Positions 26,844-40,253 of a DNA stretch of 64,000 nucleotides are shown piece after piece. Position numbers and translations under genes: made by a program. The stretch lies in the NCBI GenBank assembly GCA_951406725.2, contig OX597827.1:34906001-34970000 (forward strand), read 5' to 3'. How positions within the stretch are numbered: the stretch's first letter is position 1; each line of letters opens with the position of its first letter. The stretch is from Octopus vulgaris (Eukaryota). The notes beneath the pieces are model-generated. The model had not been told where the DNA came from. It did not search any database and saw nothing but the letters and a program-made list of their open reading frames with translations.

Positions 26844-28416
26844 GTTTCCCCTGCATACATTGGAAACCTGTTGCTGATGTAGGCTTTGCAGATTCCTGAA
26901 GCTCTGACCTGATTTGATAACCATGTTGAACCAGTTCATTTAGAAAATGGCCTTGACTTCTTTTACAAAATCTGAACATATAACATTGTACACAATTGAT
27001 TTAAGAAAGGGGTTCTCAACCATTTTTCATCTATAGACCCCTTTGATTACTGTTTTATTCTGGTGGGCCCCATAGCCATTCAGTGTTTAAAAACTAGTTT
27101 TCTAGAAACTTCTTTTAAAATACCTATTTTGTTTTTCACACATTAACTTGTGTAGGTTAAATTATGTAAAATGTTAGAGAAAGAAGCTTAATTGTTTCTT
27201 GCAAAACATACCAATAAAGCAGAATTTTTTCAAGGGCCTTAAAATACTGTTTGTGGATCCCCAGTTTACTATTTTGTTGTGTAGATCCCCAAAAATTGTG
27301 CATGAACCCTCAGGGGCCATATAGACCTCAGTTGAGAACCACTGATTTAAGGGATGCAGGCTTTGGCCGTGGTTAAGAGGCCTGCTTTTAAACCATGTGG
27401 TTCCAGGTTCAGTCCCATTACACTGCACTGAGGGCCAGTGTCTTCTACTGTAGCCCAGGGCAACCAATGCTATGTGAATGAATTTGGTTGACAAACTGTG
27501 TAGTAGACTGTTCTGTGTGCAAGCTATGTTTCTCTCCCAACTCACCATACCACTTGACAGTGTTGGTTTGTTTACATCCCTCTGACTTAACTGCTCATCA
27601 AAAGAGACTGATGGAATATGTACTAGACTCAGTACTTTAAAATAAGTACTTTGGTTGATTTGTTTGATTAAACCTTTTATGGTGTTGCCTCAGCATTGCC
27701 ATAGTTCAATGTTGAGGATAATGATATCTCAAAATATCAAGACCTCTTGGTCAAATAGTTGGTGTTTAGTCATGTAAATGTGTTAATACTGATGGAGTGT
27801 GAGTTGTTTCGGTTGTCACATATCTCATTGTAGATTGTACAGCCTTGTTTGGGAAATCTAGAACTGTTCCTTATATTACTGGTTGTGAATGAAACTAAAA
27901 TATAGGCACATGTGTGGTTATAGGTTCAGGTGTGGTTATGTGGTTAAAAAGCATGCTTCCTAGTCATGTGATCTCAGGTTCAGTCCCACTATATTTCACC
28001 TTAGGCAAATGTTTTTCTACTTTGGTCCCAAGCTGACCAAAGCCTTGCAAGTGTATTTGGTAGACAAAAGCAGGAAAAGCCTGTCATATGTGTGTGTGTG
28101 TAAGTATGACTATGTATGTATGTGTTTGTGTGTACCCTTGTCTTAACATGTGATGGTTGTAAATGAGCATCACCATCATAGATGTGAGGTTGTTCATTTC
28201 CAGTCTTCAATGAAAAACACGTTCACCATGGGGGAATATTTCTTTACTAGAAAAAGGAAAACCAATTGTGTACAATGTTATATATTTATATTTTGTAAAA
28301 GGGGTCAAGGCCATTTTCTAAATGAACTGGTTCAACATGGTTATCAAATAGGTCAGAGCTTCAGGAATCTACAAAGCCTACATCAACAACAGGTTTCCAA
28401 TGTATGCAGGGGAAAC
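26844..28416. repeat. About 155-bp inverted duplication (26844-26998 / 28263-28416)
   Basis: The arms are close reverse complements, and the ORF track shows the same peptide GQGHFLNELVQHGYQI on opposite strands. Confidence 0.9.
27007..27344. mobile_element. hAT-type MITE
   Basis: TIRs aaggggttctcaac / gttgagaaccactg; 8-bp TSD atttaaga / atttaagg. Confidence 0.85.
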
Positions 28417-28500
28417 CTAGCCATAGTAAATCTTCCTCAACAAATTCTGTCTGATCCATGCAAGCATAGCAAAGTGGACATTGAATGATGATGATGATAC
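27355..28500 (+). mobile_element. Two old SINE family A-related copies (about 27355-27705 and 27925-28500)
   Basis: ggttcagtccca B-box heads; CpGs decayed to TG/CA. Confidence 0.75.
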
Positions 28501-29531
28501 TAAAAATATGGCTTATATTTGCAAATTAAAAAATAGTGCCAAGTAATAGATATTTGAATGCTGTGACGTATCACTTTGGAAAGATTTTAGTATTTTTCGT
28601 CATATGAGATTTATTTTTGCTTTTGTAACTCAGTAATTTCTTTAGTTAAAATTTGTAACTTGGCTTTTGTTTTGTAATAGAAGTGAAGGAAATTTCCAAA
28701 ACAGGATTATTTTGAAAGTTAATGAAAGTGATCCCAATGCTTTATCTTTCACATGATACAGTCATTGGACTGGAGCCATGCTAGGGCACCACCTTCAATG
28801 GTTTAGTGGAAGAAATTGATCCAGTACTTATTTTAACCTCTTAGTATTTAAACTGACCATATCAAGCCAAAATATTCTACCTGCCCAACCTCACACTAAT
28901 CCTACAATATCATTCTAAAAATTAACAGTTAACTCATGAAAATCTCAAAGTTACAAGATAATGCAGGATTATAAATGAGCATCCCTTTTGACAGAATAAT
29001 GTGAATACAAAAGTTTCAAAGAAATGCTAAGTTATTTTTCAGCATTCTTATTGATATAGCATGAATAATGGGGCTGTGCTCATTGTCCTTGCAGTTCCTC
29101 CAAGAAGAAGTAAGAACAGCATAGATATTCTTTCTTTTGAACACCTGAAAGGGAGGAGAAAAGTAAGGATCAGGCATAATAGATAGTACAGGACATGAGG
29201 GATGGACACATTTAGATTTGACAAAAGGAAGAAAGACAAACTGGTTAGGGGTGCCTGAAAAGAGGTGGCACAAAATCAGCCAGCTGTGAGTAATTGGGTC
29301 CACTGTAGTTGTAGTAGTAGTAGTAGTAGTTGTAGTAATGGTAGAAAAAAAGAGAGTGGAGACAAGTATGTTGGTAAACAACCTCATATCAATAACTGGA
29401 TAGCTTTGATATTTTATATTATTGACTCCTTGGAAGAATGTAAAGTAAAATTGAACTTGACAGGATTTGAACTAAGAACATCAAGGGCCATTACTAAATA
29501 TAAGTACAAGCATGGCTGTGTGGTTAAGAAG

Positions 29532-30303
29532 GAGATCAATAAAATGACTTAGCGGTTCGCTAAAGGCGGTCAATACAATGACTTAGCGGTTCACCAAAAT
29601 GATCGATAAAATGACCTAGCGTTTCGACAAATATGATCGTTCTAGCGGTTCGCCAAACGAGATCGATAAAATGACTTAGCGATCGCCAAACGAGATCGAT
29701 AAAATGAGTTAACGGTTCGACAAACAAGATCGATAAAATGACATAGCGTTTCGCCAACCATGATCAATAAAATGACCTAGCGGTTCACCGAAATGATCGA
29801 TAAAATGACATAGCGGTTCGCCAAAAATCATCGATAAAATTACCTAGCGTTTCGACAAATATGATCGACCTAGCGGTTCACAAACGAGATCGATAAATTG
29901 ACTTAGGTGTTCACCAAACTAGATTGATAAAAAGACTTAGCGGTTCGCCAAACGAGATCGATAAAATGATTTAGCGTTCGCCAAACGAGATCGATAAAAT
30001 GAGTTAACAGTTCGACAAAAAAGATCGATAAAATTACTTAGCGTTTCGCCAACCGTGATCAATAAAATGACGTAGCGGTTCGACAAACAAAATCGATAAA
30101 ATGACTTAGCGTATCGCCTACCGTGATCGATAAAATGTCTTAGCGGTTCGCCAAACTAGATAGATAAAATGACTTAGCGGTTCGCTAAAGGCGATCGATA
30201 CAATGACTTAGTGGTTCACCAAACTAGATAGATAAAATGACGTAACGGTTCGCCAAAGGAGATCGATAAAATGACATAGCGGTTCACCAAACGTGATCGA
30301 TGA
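29532..30303 (+). repeat. 34-bp tandem minisatellite, about 22-23 units, SINE-derived
   Basis: Consensus acttagcggttcgccaaacgagatcgataaaatg; aligns with SINE positions 2608-2639. Confidence 0.92.
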
Positions 30304-30304
30304 A

Positions 30305-31980
30305 ATGTATAAAGACACAGGAAATGTGTCAAAGCCGACAGGAAGCGTCGATGCTTCCTAGGGCTATATAGCGGTGGTGTAATTTCCTCTACGGGACTGT
30401 CACGTTATGTTGACTTTATACAACCACTCTATCGCTCCACCGCCGCTCATGTCTCGTTGAGACATTTAGAAATTCAATATTTCTAATTAATGTCTTTATG
30501 TGTTCGTGTATTACTTAAACATTCGACAACTGCTGCACCGATCATAATGAAATTTGGAACACAAAATCGGAGCCTAGTGAGAAGGGTAATGCTGTGTGTT
30601 TCATACAATTTCATGTACCCAAATCACTGAATGGATCCTTATGATATTTGAAACTTAGATTCAATGCATAAGGACTGGTATAACGCAATATGTTTGGTTT
30701 GAATTTCAGATGGCTTAAAGGGGGCAGAACCCCCCATGAAAATTCATAAATTTTCGATGTTGATGAAATTTCAACCATGCGTAATTGACACACATCAAGA
30801 AGTATTCTCAAAGTTTCCACTTCACATGAGTATTCTAAGACACCCTAATGGGGGCCTTAACTCCCAAATTTTAGTAATTTCTTTTATGATCCAAAACTAC
30901 GTCAAAAGTACTGAATGGATCTTTACGAAATTTGGAAATTATATTTTATGCATAAAGGCCACAACCCCCATGACAATTCATATATTTTTGCTGTTGATGA
31001 AATTTAAACCAAAGGTATTGTCATTTTATCTAAGCAAAGACGAATAGTTGTACTCTTCGAAGCTGTTGGGTGATCCGAGCATAGAAGATGAGCAATGGTA
31101 CAACAGTGTAAGAGTTTGCTTTGACATACTCTTAGATTGTGATTTCTGCAATGTGCTGCATAAATTGTCAAGTAAATGAGAGGCATCTTTGCCTCCACTG
31201 ATTCAGTTGCAAAGTGTTGAGTAAAGATATTTGATAACATTGATTTCATGGCCTTCCCAGATGAGTGACTAGTTATTCAAAGACATTTATAGATTGTATA
31301 TTTACTCTGTCCAGTTACGTAACAGTGTAGTGGTCATTTGCAAACTCCAACTTTCATTTTTCCTTAGCCCTCACGTCACACAGTTTTTAATGTTTATTTC
31401 GGTTGGGTCACACCCTTCCAACTGCTATAGATTCGTAATGCATCTTACGGCTATGCCTATCACCTTGACGGTGAGGAAACCTACATTGGGAGTGGTAACG
31501 TTTAGGGTAGGGTAGCTAACTGCTTATTGTGATCATTCGTCTTTTGGTTTCCTGTAGCTTTGCTCTCTTTTACAAACCCAGTGAACATATATTTCCTATT
31601 TCAAATAAATTCAAACAATAGATATAAGACCCAAGTTAAAAAGATTCTCAACAATTCAACTTCTCTGGTTGACATTAAGATGCCCACCCCCAATAGGGGC
31701 GTTATCTCTCACATTTTAGAGCTCCATGACCTGCATTTTTCAGGAGCAAAATCCTTTTAACAGGTTCTATAAGACTGGAATTTTGGAATATGCGCATAAA
31801 AATCAGTAGTATGGGATACATGTGGCACGATTACAATTTTTTAGGGTGTGTAAAGAGAGAAATAACCCTCATCTGCAATTTTAATGAAATTCGAAACATA
31901 AGTATTCCAGTTCATTACTGAAAATATAACCGAAAAGTATAATTCTTCAATTGTATGTAACTCGGGCAACGCCGGGTATA
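30305..31980 (+). mobile_element. Non-autonomous Helitron-like element
   Basis: Ends in ctcgggcaacgccggg hairpin (31961-31976); internal repeated atgaaatttgg/cccccatga motifs; terminal CTAG not seen. Confidence 0.5.
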
Positions 31981-32001
31981 TATATACACATATATGTATA
32001 T

Positions 32002-32070
<69 letters not shown>

Positions 32071-32164
32071 TATATACTAGCTAAAGGTGACTCGCTCTAC
32101 GCGCTGGTAAGAGTGTGGTTGTTACTTTCTGTTGCTTCCTTTCAGCACGTAAAAAAAAAACGTG

Positions 32165-32455
32165 GCCAATTGCAGCGCCGCCTTGACTGGCTTCTGTGCC
32201 GGTGGCACGTAAAAAGCACCAACCGATCGTTGCCGCTGCCAGCCCCCTGGCACCTGTGCCGGCGGCACGAAAAAAGCACCCACTACACTCACAGAGTGGT
32301 TGGCGTTAGGATGGTCATCCACCTGTAGAAACACTGCCAGATCAGACTGGAGTCTGGTGCAGCCTCCTGGCTTCCCAGACCCCGGTCAAACTGTCCAACC
32401 CGTGCTAGCACGGAAAACGGACGTTAAAGGATGATGATGATGATGATGATGATGA
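32165..32455 (+). mobile_element. SINE/RTE-tail repeat (family C) with (ATG)n tail
   Basis: Ends gctagcacggaaaacggacgttaaagg(atg)n; homologous to 12986-13380. Confidence 0.8.
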
Positions 32456-32989
32456 TTCTCCCTCTTTGTTTCTCTCTCACTTTCCCACTCTCTTACTTTT
32501 CTTTCTCTCGGACTCTCCTTCGCTTTCTCTTACTCTGTATCTTTATCTATCTCTCTCCCATTTATAAACAACAAAAGATCTTGAGTAATTTGAGAAATAA
32601 AATATTTAGAAAGATCAATCATAAATATCAGGCAGTGGCAACGGAAAGGTCTGCTTCAAGGCAGACAGCAAAACGCTAACATTTAAAAGGGACAGACGAA
32701 CTTGCGAGCTGAATAAAAATAATAAAATATTGGAAACCAAAGTTTGAAGGGATAGAATCTGAGGATAGTAGACTCACCATGGCTGGCATTTCTTAACGAC
32801 GGACAGCAACGTATTGACAGTTTAACGGCTGGCGTAAAATTTTGAACTTGATGTAAAAGAAAATTCGTAAACACCAAGTTTTGAAGTGATTCTTTCTCAC
32901 GACAGTAGACTCACCATAGCAAGCATTCAAAACTTCTTCATCATGGACGGCAACACATTGACGATTAAAAGGCTGGCGCAAATTTTTTA

Positions 32990-33255
32990 GCTTGATGTAA
33001 CAGAGAATTCCTAAACACTCGCTCATTTAAATTTTAATCCCCTTCCAGCCCCATTTAGACCCCTTTTCACATTTTGGTTAATATAACCCGATTTCACTCA
33101 GGTCTACTGGGACCACATTTTATAAGATGAGGAATTTTGTCCTAGAGGTCACGCCTTTCAGTTGAGGAAAAAAATAGTTGTCATGCAAACTTGCCAGCAC
33201 TTTTAACATAGGTCTGCATATTTTCAGCTGAACCGACCGACCACATAATGCATAC

Positions 33256-33342
<87 letters not shown>

Positions 33343-33939
33343 ACGCATTATATATACAAATTATATATATATATGTATAAATTAAATAAGAGATAAAATC
33401 ACTAATAGGCAAATCAAACAGTGAAAAACCAAAAACAAAAGCATAAAAATAAAAATATAATATAGAAAATATATAAAATATAAAATTGAAAAATGTCAAT
33501 TATTTAAATTAAAAAAAAAATTAAATTATATTTATAATTTGTTTAAAAATATATATAACTATCAAAAAGTATTAAAAAGTTTAATAGACATAAATACAGA
33601 TATATACACTTTGTATATATACATTATATATACGTATTTATATATAGAACACACACACCTATATAAATGAACGCATTGATGTAACAGAGAATTCATAAAC
33701 ACCCGCTCCTTTAAATTTTAATCCCCTTCCAGCCCCATTTAGACCCCTTTTCACATTTTGGTTAATATAACCCGATTTCATTCGGGTGTACTGGGGCCAC
33801 ATTTTATAAGATGAGGAATTTTGTCCAAGAAGTAACGCGTTTCATTTGAGGAAAAAAATAGTTGTCATGCAAACTTGCCAGCACTTTTAACATAGGTCTG
33901 CATATTTTCAGCTGAACCGACCGACCACATGATGCACAC

Positions 33940-34015
<76 letters not shown>
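32990..34015 (+). repeat. About 350-bp direct duplication (32990-33345 / 33677-34015)
   Basis: Near-identical copies, each including a terminal (TA)n(TG)n. Confidence 0.9.
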
Positions 34016-34942
34016 GGAGTCTCTCTCATACGTGAGCGTTGACGCTGAATTCGCCTGGTAAGCCGGTAACCTTGTCTTTGTTGAAATAGTTATGAGCTGC
34101 TGTAGTTATTTCTCTGACGGGTAATAGGAATTTCCATATCCTCCGAGGAAACGAACTGTTGACCCAGACTGTCATGCTGTTAGTTGTCAGAAGTAAAAGT
34201 ACGTCAATTTCGTGTATTTACGTCAGGTTTATACCTTCGTTAATTTACGCCGTTTTTTTACGTACCACCACGCTGTTAGGTTTATAAAACAATTGAAGTT
34301 CAGTTTAAAGTTTATAAATAAATACATTTAATTCCCCATTATAGTAATATTTGTCTGTTGAAATCCGTTTTAAGGCGGTCAATAGTTTAATTAAAGATGT
34401 GTCTATACATGTATATATATATATATACATATGTATATATACATGTGTATACATATATATTTATACATGTGTATACATATATATATATACATGTGTAATG
34501 TATACACGTGTATATATACAGATGTATATATATATATATATATATCTATATATATATATATATATATTATAAAAGGCAGATTTTATCTGCCTCCCTTTGT
34601 CTCTTATGGAAATCTACAATATAGGATTTCTTCAATTACAATTTACCTAGCATTTTTAAGAGTAGAATGCATCGGGTCGTGCCAGGTCCAGTTTTTAAAA
34701 TTTCAACCCCAATTAAGCAAAATTTAGAGAAAACTCACATTGTGGTGTATAAGTCAAATGCTTTTCTTAGTGTGGGCTACACGCACACGCACACACACAG
34801 TGTGCAACGATTAAAGTGAAAGTAATTCACTTTTTGTAGTGAGTGACTCTTTCACTCTGCATTCCCACTTCCTCTTTACACACATAGACACGCAAATATA
34901 TAAATAAAATTGTAAGCTAACGTGTGTGTGTGTGTGTGTGTG

Positions 34943-34985
<43 letters not shown>

Positions 34986-35032
34986 TGTGCGTGTGTGTGT
35001 GTGTGTGTGCGTGTGCGTGAGTGTGTGACAGG

Positions 35033-35550
35033 AAAGTTTTTTAGGACGAATATAAGACCTAAAGTATATCCAAGTAGCAGAAAGATCGCCCAAAAGTGTA
35101 TATAGATATTTAAATGTATTTATATATTCATCTATACACAGATGTATGTATAATGTGTGTGTATATATTTCCCTAGAGGTAACCTTTCACTCCATACAAA
35201 GTTTTTTAGGACGAATATAAGATCTAAAGTATATACAAGTAGCAGAAAGATCGCCCAAAAGTGTATATAGATATTTAAATGTATTTATATATTCATCTAT
35301 ACACAGATGTATGTATAATGTGTGTGTATATATTTCCATAGACGTAACCATTCACTCCATACAAAGTTTTTTAGGACGAAAATAAGATCTAAAGTTATCT
35401 CTAAGTAGCACAAAGATCACCCAAAAGTGTATATAGATATTTAAATGTATTTATATATTCATCTATACACACATGTATGTATAATGTGCATGTATATATT
35501 TCCATAGAGGTAACCATTCAATCCATACAAAGTTTTTTAGGACGAAAATA
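35033..35550 (+). repeat. About 165-bp tandem repeat, 3 copies plus a partial
   Basis: aaagttttttaggacgaa recurs at 35033, 35198, 35363 and about 35529. Confidence 0.92.
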
Positions 35551-35796
35551 TTTATATATAAAAGAAAGGTTGTGTGTCTGTCTACTCCGATTTAGATTCC
35601 TAACTACTCCCACATTTTGCAATGCAGTTTAACCAAAACCGGGTATCTTATAGTCGTGATTCATATCGAGCCCTTCTGGGTATTAGCGCGCGTCTACGAT
35701 GAGTCTATGATTTTACAAATAATTTACCATCATTTTTTTCTATTTTAATGCATATTTTTTAAATAAAGGGAAGTAACTCTCAAACTTCACACCAAT

Positions 35797-36315
35797 ATGC
35801 GTGCTCATATGCGACGTAATATCACATCAGCAGCATTTCCTCACACCCTCCTTGCACTTGGCGAAGGCAGAATACCAGGGGATGAAAATGGTAATATTGC
35901 CATCGATTCCATTTGTACCATTGTTAAGACGCCTTCTGATCTCAGAGATGCAGTGTTCCCAGATCTACAAGCTAATCAGAATATGGATTGGATTGGCAAA
36001 AAGGCAATACTGGCCCCGAGGAATAAAACTGTTCACCATATTAATGATGAAATGCTAAAACTCATTCCTGGGGAAGTCTATGTATATCAGTCTATCGATA
36101 CAACTCCTGACCCAGAGGACGTCATCAACTATCCAATAGAGGTACTCAATTCCTTTGAGCACCCCGGACTACGACCACACTTTCTCAAACTTAAAGTTGG
36201 TGCCCCTATAATGCTCATCAGAAATTTGGTTCCCCCAAAACAATGCAATGGCACACGTTTGATCGTTAAGTCCTTATCTCCCACCGTAAACTTATATCAA
36301 TATTTGCCTGAATAA
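35797..36315 (+). pseudogene. Helitron Pif1-like helicase fragment
   Basis: AILAPRNKTVHHIN, YQSID, YPIEVLNS, HFLKLKVGAPIMLIRNL and CNGTRL motifs. Confidence 0.92.
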
Positions 36316-37187
36316 TCATCATAATTCAGTGCAATCATTAACAGTACTTTCAAGCAATTCAGCCCCGAGCAACGCCGGGCAATTCTGCTAGTACATGTAT
36401 AGACACATCTTTAATTAAACTATTGACCGCCTTAAAACGGATTTCAACAGACAAATATTAGTATAATGGATAATATAAGCATATAACTACTTATACACAC
36501 ATACAATAAATACAGACACACACACGTTAGTCAGACATATAGCCACATATACACACACACGTGTGTATGATTGGTGTATGTGATCGCGGTGGTGGTGGTC
36601 ATTTGTGCAGATTTGGTGTGATTTCTTTTTGAAAAACAATAATGAATAATGCAAGAATATATTTATTTATAAAGTTTAAACAGAACATGGAATGAAATGT
36701 ATTTATTTATAAACTTTAAACTGAACTTCAATTGTTTTATAAACCTAACAGCGTGGTGGTACGTAAATAAACGGCGTAAATTAACGAATATACATATTCA
36801 TATATCGAACACACACACACACACATATATATAAATGAACGCAATGAATATCTGATTCATAATATTTGTTCTCATGATTGTGTGTTGGTGGTGGCGTGTA
36901 GCGATGATAATTCTCCCTATGATACATCAAAGAACGCCGTCTGACGAACTTTACATTAAATAACGGGAGTGGACTTGTCAAAGTTACAAATGAAGGGGAG
37001 TTAGAGGGGAATGTAGGAAATAACGTGAGTGAGGAAGATGGCCCCTAGCAACCACACCTTTTAAGATAGGGATTTCTAAGGTAGCCCACGGGCATCGTCA
37101 CCTCATTCTACATGTCCCTGTAAATTTTGGAGCGAATCGGACGGGACGTAGTGGCATTGAAAGCGAGCCAAGCGGTAAAAACGCATT

Positions 37188-37229
<42 letters not shown>

Positions 37230-37257
37230 TTAATATATATATATATAAGGTTAATAT

Positions 37258-37320
<63 letters not shown>

Positions 37321-37389
37321 ATCTCCGAGAAAACAGAAAAGACAACAACACAAAGAGGTGGAACAATTAAAGTATTATTATTAGGCTCA

Positions 37390-37699
37390 GACCCCGGAGC
37401 TTGATTTCTATCTTTCGGGGTTCATTTGAAAGATCTCCCAGATCATGGTTTCTATCTTTCGGAAAGATAAAAAGATACATAAATCATTTGAAGGAACGCA
37501 TCACCAATTATTTTGCACAAGTACCACCAGATGTGCTTTAACGAGTTCACAATGAGTGGGGGGTAAATATATTGCAATGTGTATTCAAAATAATGGTAAC
37601 CATATAAAGCTTGTTAAATAATAAAAAAACTGTTCTTATAAACTGTTTCTTATAAAAAGATGAATTGTTCCTATGTATGGTGACTTTTGAATCACCCTG
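37390..37699 (+). mobile_element. Tc1/mariner-superfamily 3' remnant with one TIR
   Basis: LDFYL.G.LK-like remnant; terminal ggtgacttttgaatcaccctg|ta. Confidence 0.6.
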
Positions 37700-37706
37700 T
37701 ATATGT

Positions 37707-37835
<129 letters not shown>

Positions 37836-37952
37836 CATGCGTACATATACATATATGTATATGTAGTCATGAATATATGCATATTTGCGTGTATGTATAT
37901 ATATACACACACACACACACACATATGCATGTATATATATGTATGGATATAA

Positions 37953-37992
<40 letters not shown>

Positions 37993-38174
37993 GTACATAT
38001 GCCCGTACATGCACACACACACACACATACATATATATGCACGCACGTGTATGTATATCTGTATGTATGTGTGTGTATGTATATATATATATTATATATA
38101 TATATATATATACATATCTATGCATATATGTACGTTAATTAATATGCATGCTTATAATTTTCTATACATATCGT

Positions 38175-38224
<50 letters not shown>

Positions 38225-38818
38225 CACATACACACACTGTGTATGTGTAATTATAATGTATGTGTATTTTCATGCACCCACTCGCATATGCATGCATTAA
38301 ATGTGAGATTGAAATACACGGCAACCACTACAAAACAATTCCTTGTTCAGGCATGAACTAGATAAGTTCTTTTTGATCTGTTCTCATTTATAAAGGCTAA
38401 AAAAAACAACAGAACAAAATGAATTATCGACAAATGGATTTTTGTGTTTTGCGTGGCCAACTGTTTAGCAAGCTGTAAATACTATGAAAGTATATTGAAT
38501 AATTAATGGTGGGTAGATGAAACCGACGACGGCGACAACAACAGTGACAAGGACGTTTTCTCATGAAGAGTCTATGATGACTCGACATCGATCGGTCTCA
38601 ATGCAGTCGCTAAGGAGGCGGAGGGAAAGGGGCCATCCATCCATCTCGGGTGAGTCCTTTATCGTTGGGTGGAACTTTTCGGTCAGCTGTATAGGGTTGG
38701 AGGCACGCTGATTCAACAAAACTCAAGGGTTGCTCCGGCTAGTTACGTCACTGTATACTCCGTTTTCCGACAATGTCACACTCACAAGTGTCACTCTAAC
38801 ACCACATGCACGCACGCG

Positions 38819-38938
<120 letters not shown>

Positions 38939-39764
38939 CACACACACACACACAGAAACACACACACACAGAGAAATACACACACACAGAGAAACACACA
39001 CAAACACATGCATACACACATATGCACATAGACACACACACAGACACAGACACAGACACACACACACACAAACACACACACAAGCACACATACATACACA
39101 CAAGCACACATACATATGCTCTCTCTCACGTGCACGCACACACACACACACACACACAGAGACAGACACACACACACACACCTACACGTCAACCGTCCTT
39201 GCACACACAACCCTTGACATTCCTCAGCAGACGTTTCCTAAAAGAGAGAACAGCATCCCCGTTTCATTTTTAGATATGTTGGAGGATGGGGTGAGGTTAT
39301 CTGCCGATCAGATGGCCCCAATACCAGATGCTGTGGTTAAACCGGGTGACGGACGAGGAAGAGGAATTGTCTTCTTGATGGGCTTTCGCACAGTCTCCGT
39401 CTTCCAAACTTTGCCCAAAGTTACGTTGAAAGACACATACCCAATGTGGCGTGCTGAGGGAACGAACCCAAAGCTCTGGAGTTGTGAAGCGAACCTCTGA
39501 ACTGCATAATCATACCTCCACCAGACGTATTATTTCCATAAACCATGAAAACAACCACCAAATGGGGACACACACACACACACACACACACACAAGCACA
39601 CATACATACACACAAGCACACATGCAAGCACTCTCGCTCTCTCTCACGCACACGTACACACACACACACATACACACACACACACACAAGTACACATACA
39701 TACACACAAGCACACATACATATGCTCTCTCTCACGTGCACGCACACACACACAGACACAAACA

Positions 39765-39823
<59 letters not shown>

Positions 39824-40122
39824 TGACTACAATTTAATTTCGAAGAATATTATTGCTTGATTTTTTCTAAATGTAAGCAACAGTGATGTGGTTTTCCGAT
39901 CAGATGGCCCCAATACCACTCTTTTACACAGATGTTACAACAACGGTCGCCTCTTGCAGCTGGTGTTTAGAGAGCTTGCTATTCTTGCTGACACATATCT
40001 TCATTCCACCATGGGATTTTTCACCGTGTATTTTGCCGACGGCGAGCCATAGAATGCAACGCATTACAGAGAAGTTAAAAATCAAGAGATGCCTGTCCCT
40101 GAAGCTTTTTAAAGCCTTTCAC

Positions 40123-40187
<65 letters not shown>

Positions 40188-40253
40188 TACATCGTTGGAT
40201 GTAAACGAAGTCGTCAGCGTAACATTAGAGTTTTGTTTTTTTATCTCCAAGAG

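Larger units (their letters stand above)
34545..36391 (+). mobile_element. Inner Helitron (non-autonomous, with helicase fragment)
   Basis: TC(TA)n start; 3' cccgagcaacgccggg hairpin plus CTAG at 36388-36391 followed by T; Pif1 fragment inside. Confidence 0.8.
32077..37260 (-). mobile_element. Outer non-autonomous Helitron-like element containing nested insertions
   Basis: CTAG plus imperfect hairpin at 32077-32108 on the minus strand; TC(TA)n-aactgaaatgcg 5'-end-like sequence at about 37180-37260. Pairing of the two ends is inferred. Confidence 0.5.

Noticed and set aside
29532-30303. CRISPR-like array of about 34-bp repeats
   Set aside because: Units are contiguous with no unique spacers, there are no cas genes, the context is eukaryotic, and the unit derives from a SINE.
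35797-36315. Host PIF1 gene
   Set aside because: Partial domain lying directly before a Helitron hairpin-CTAG terminus.
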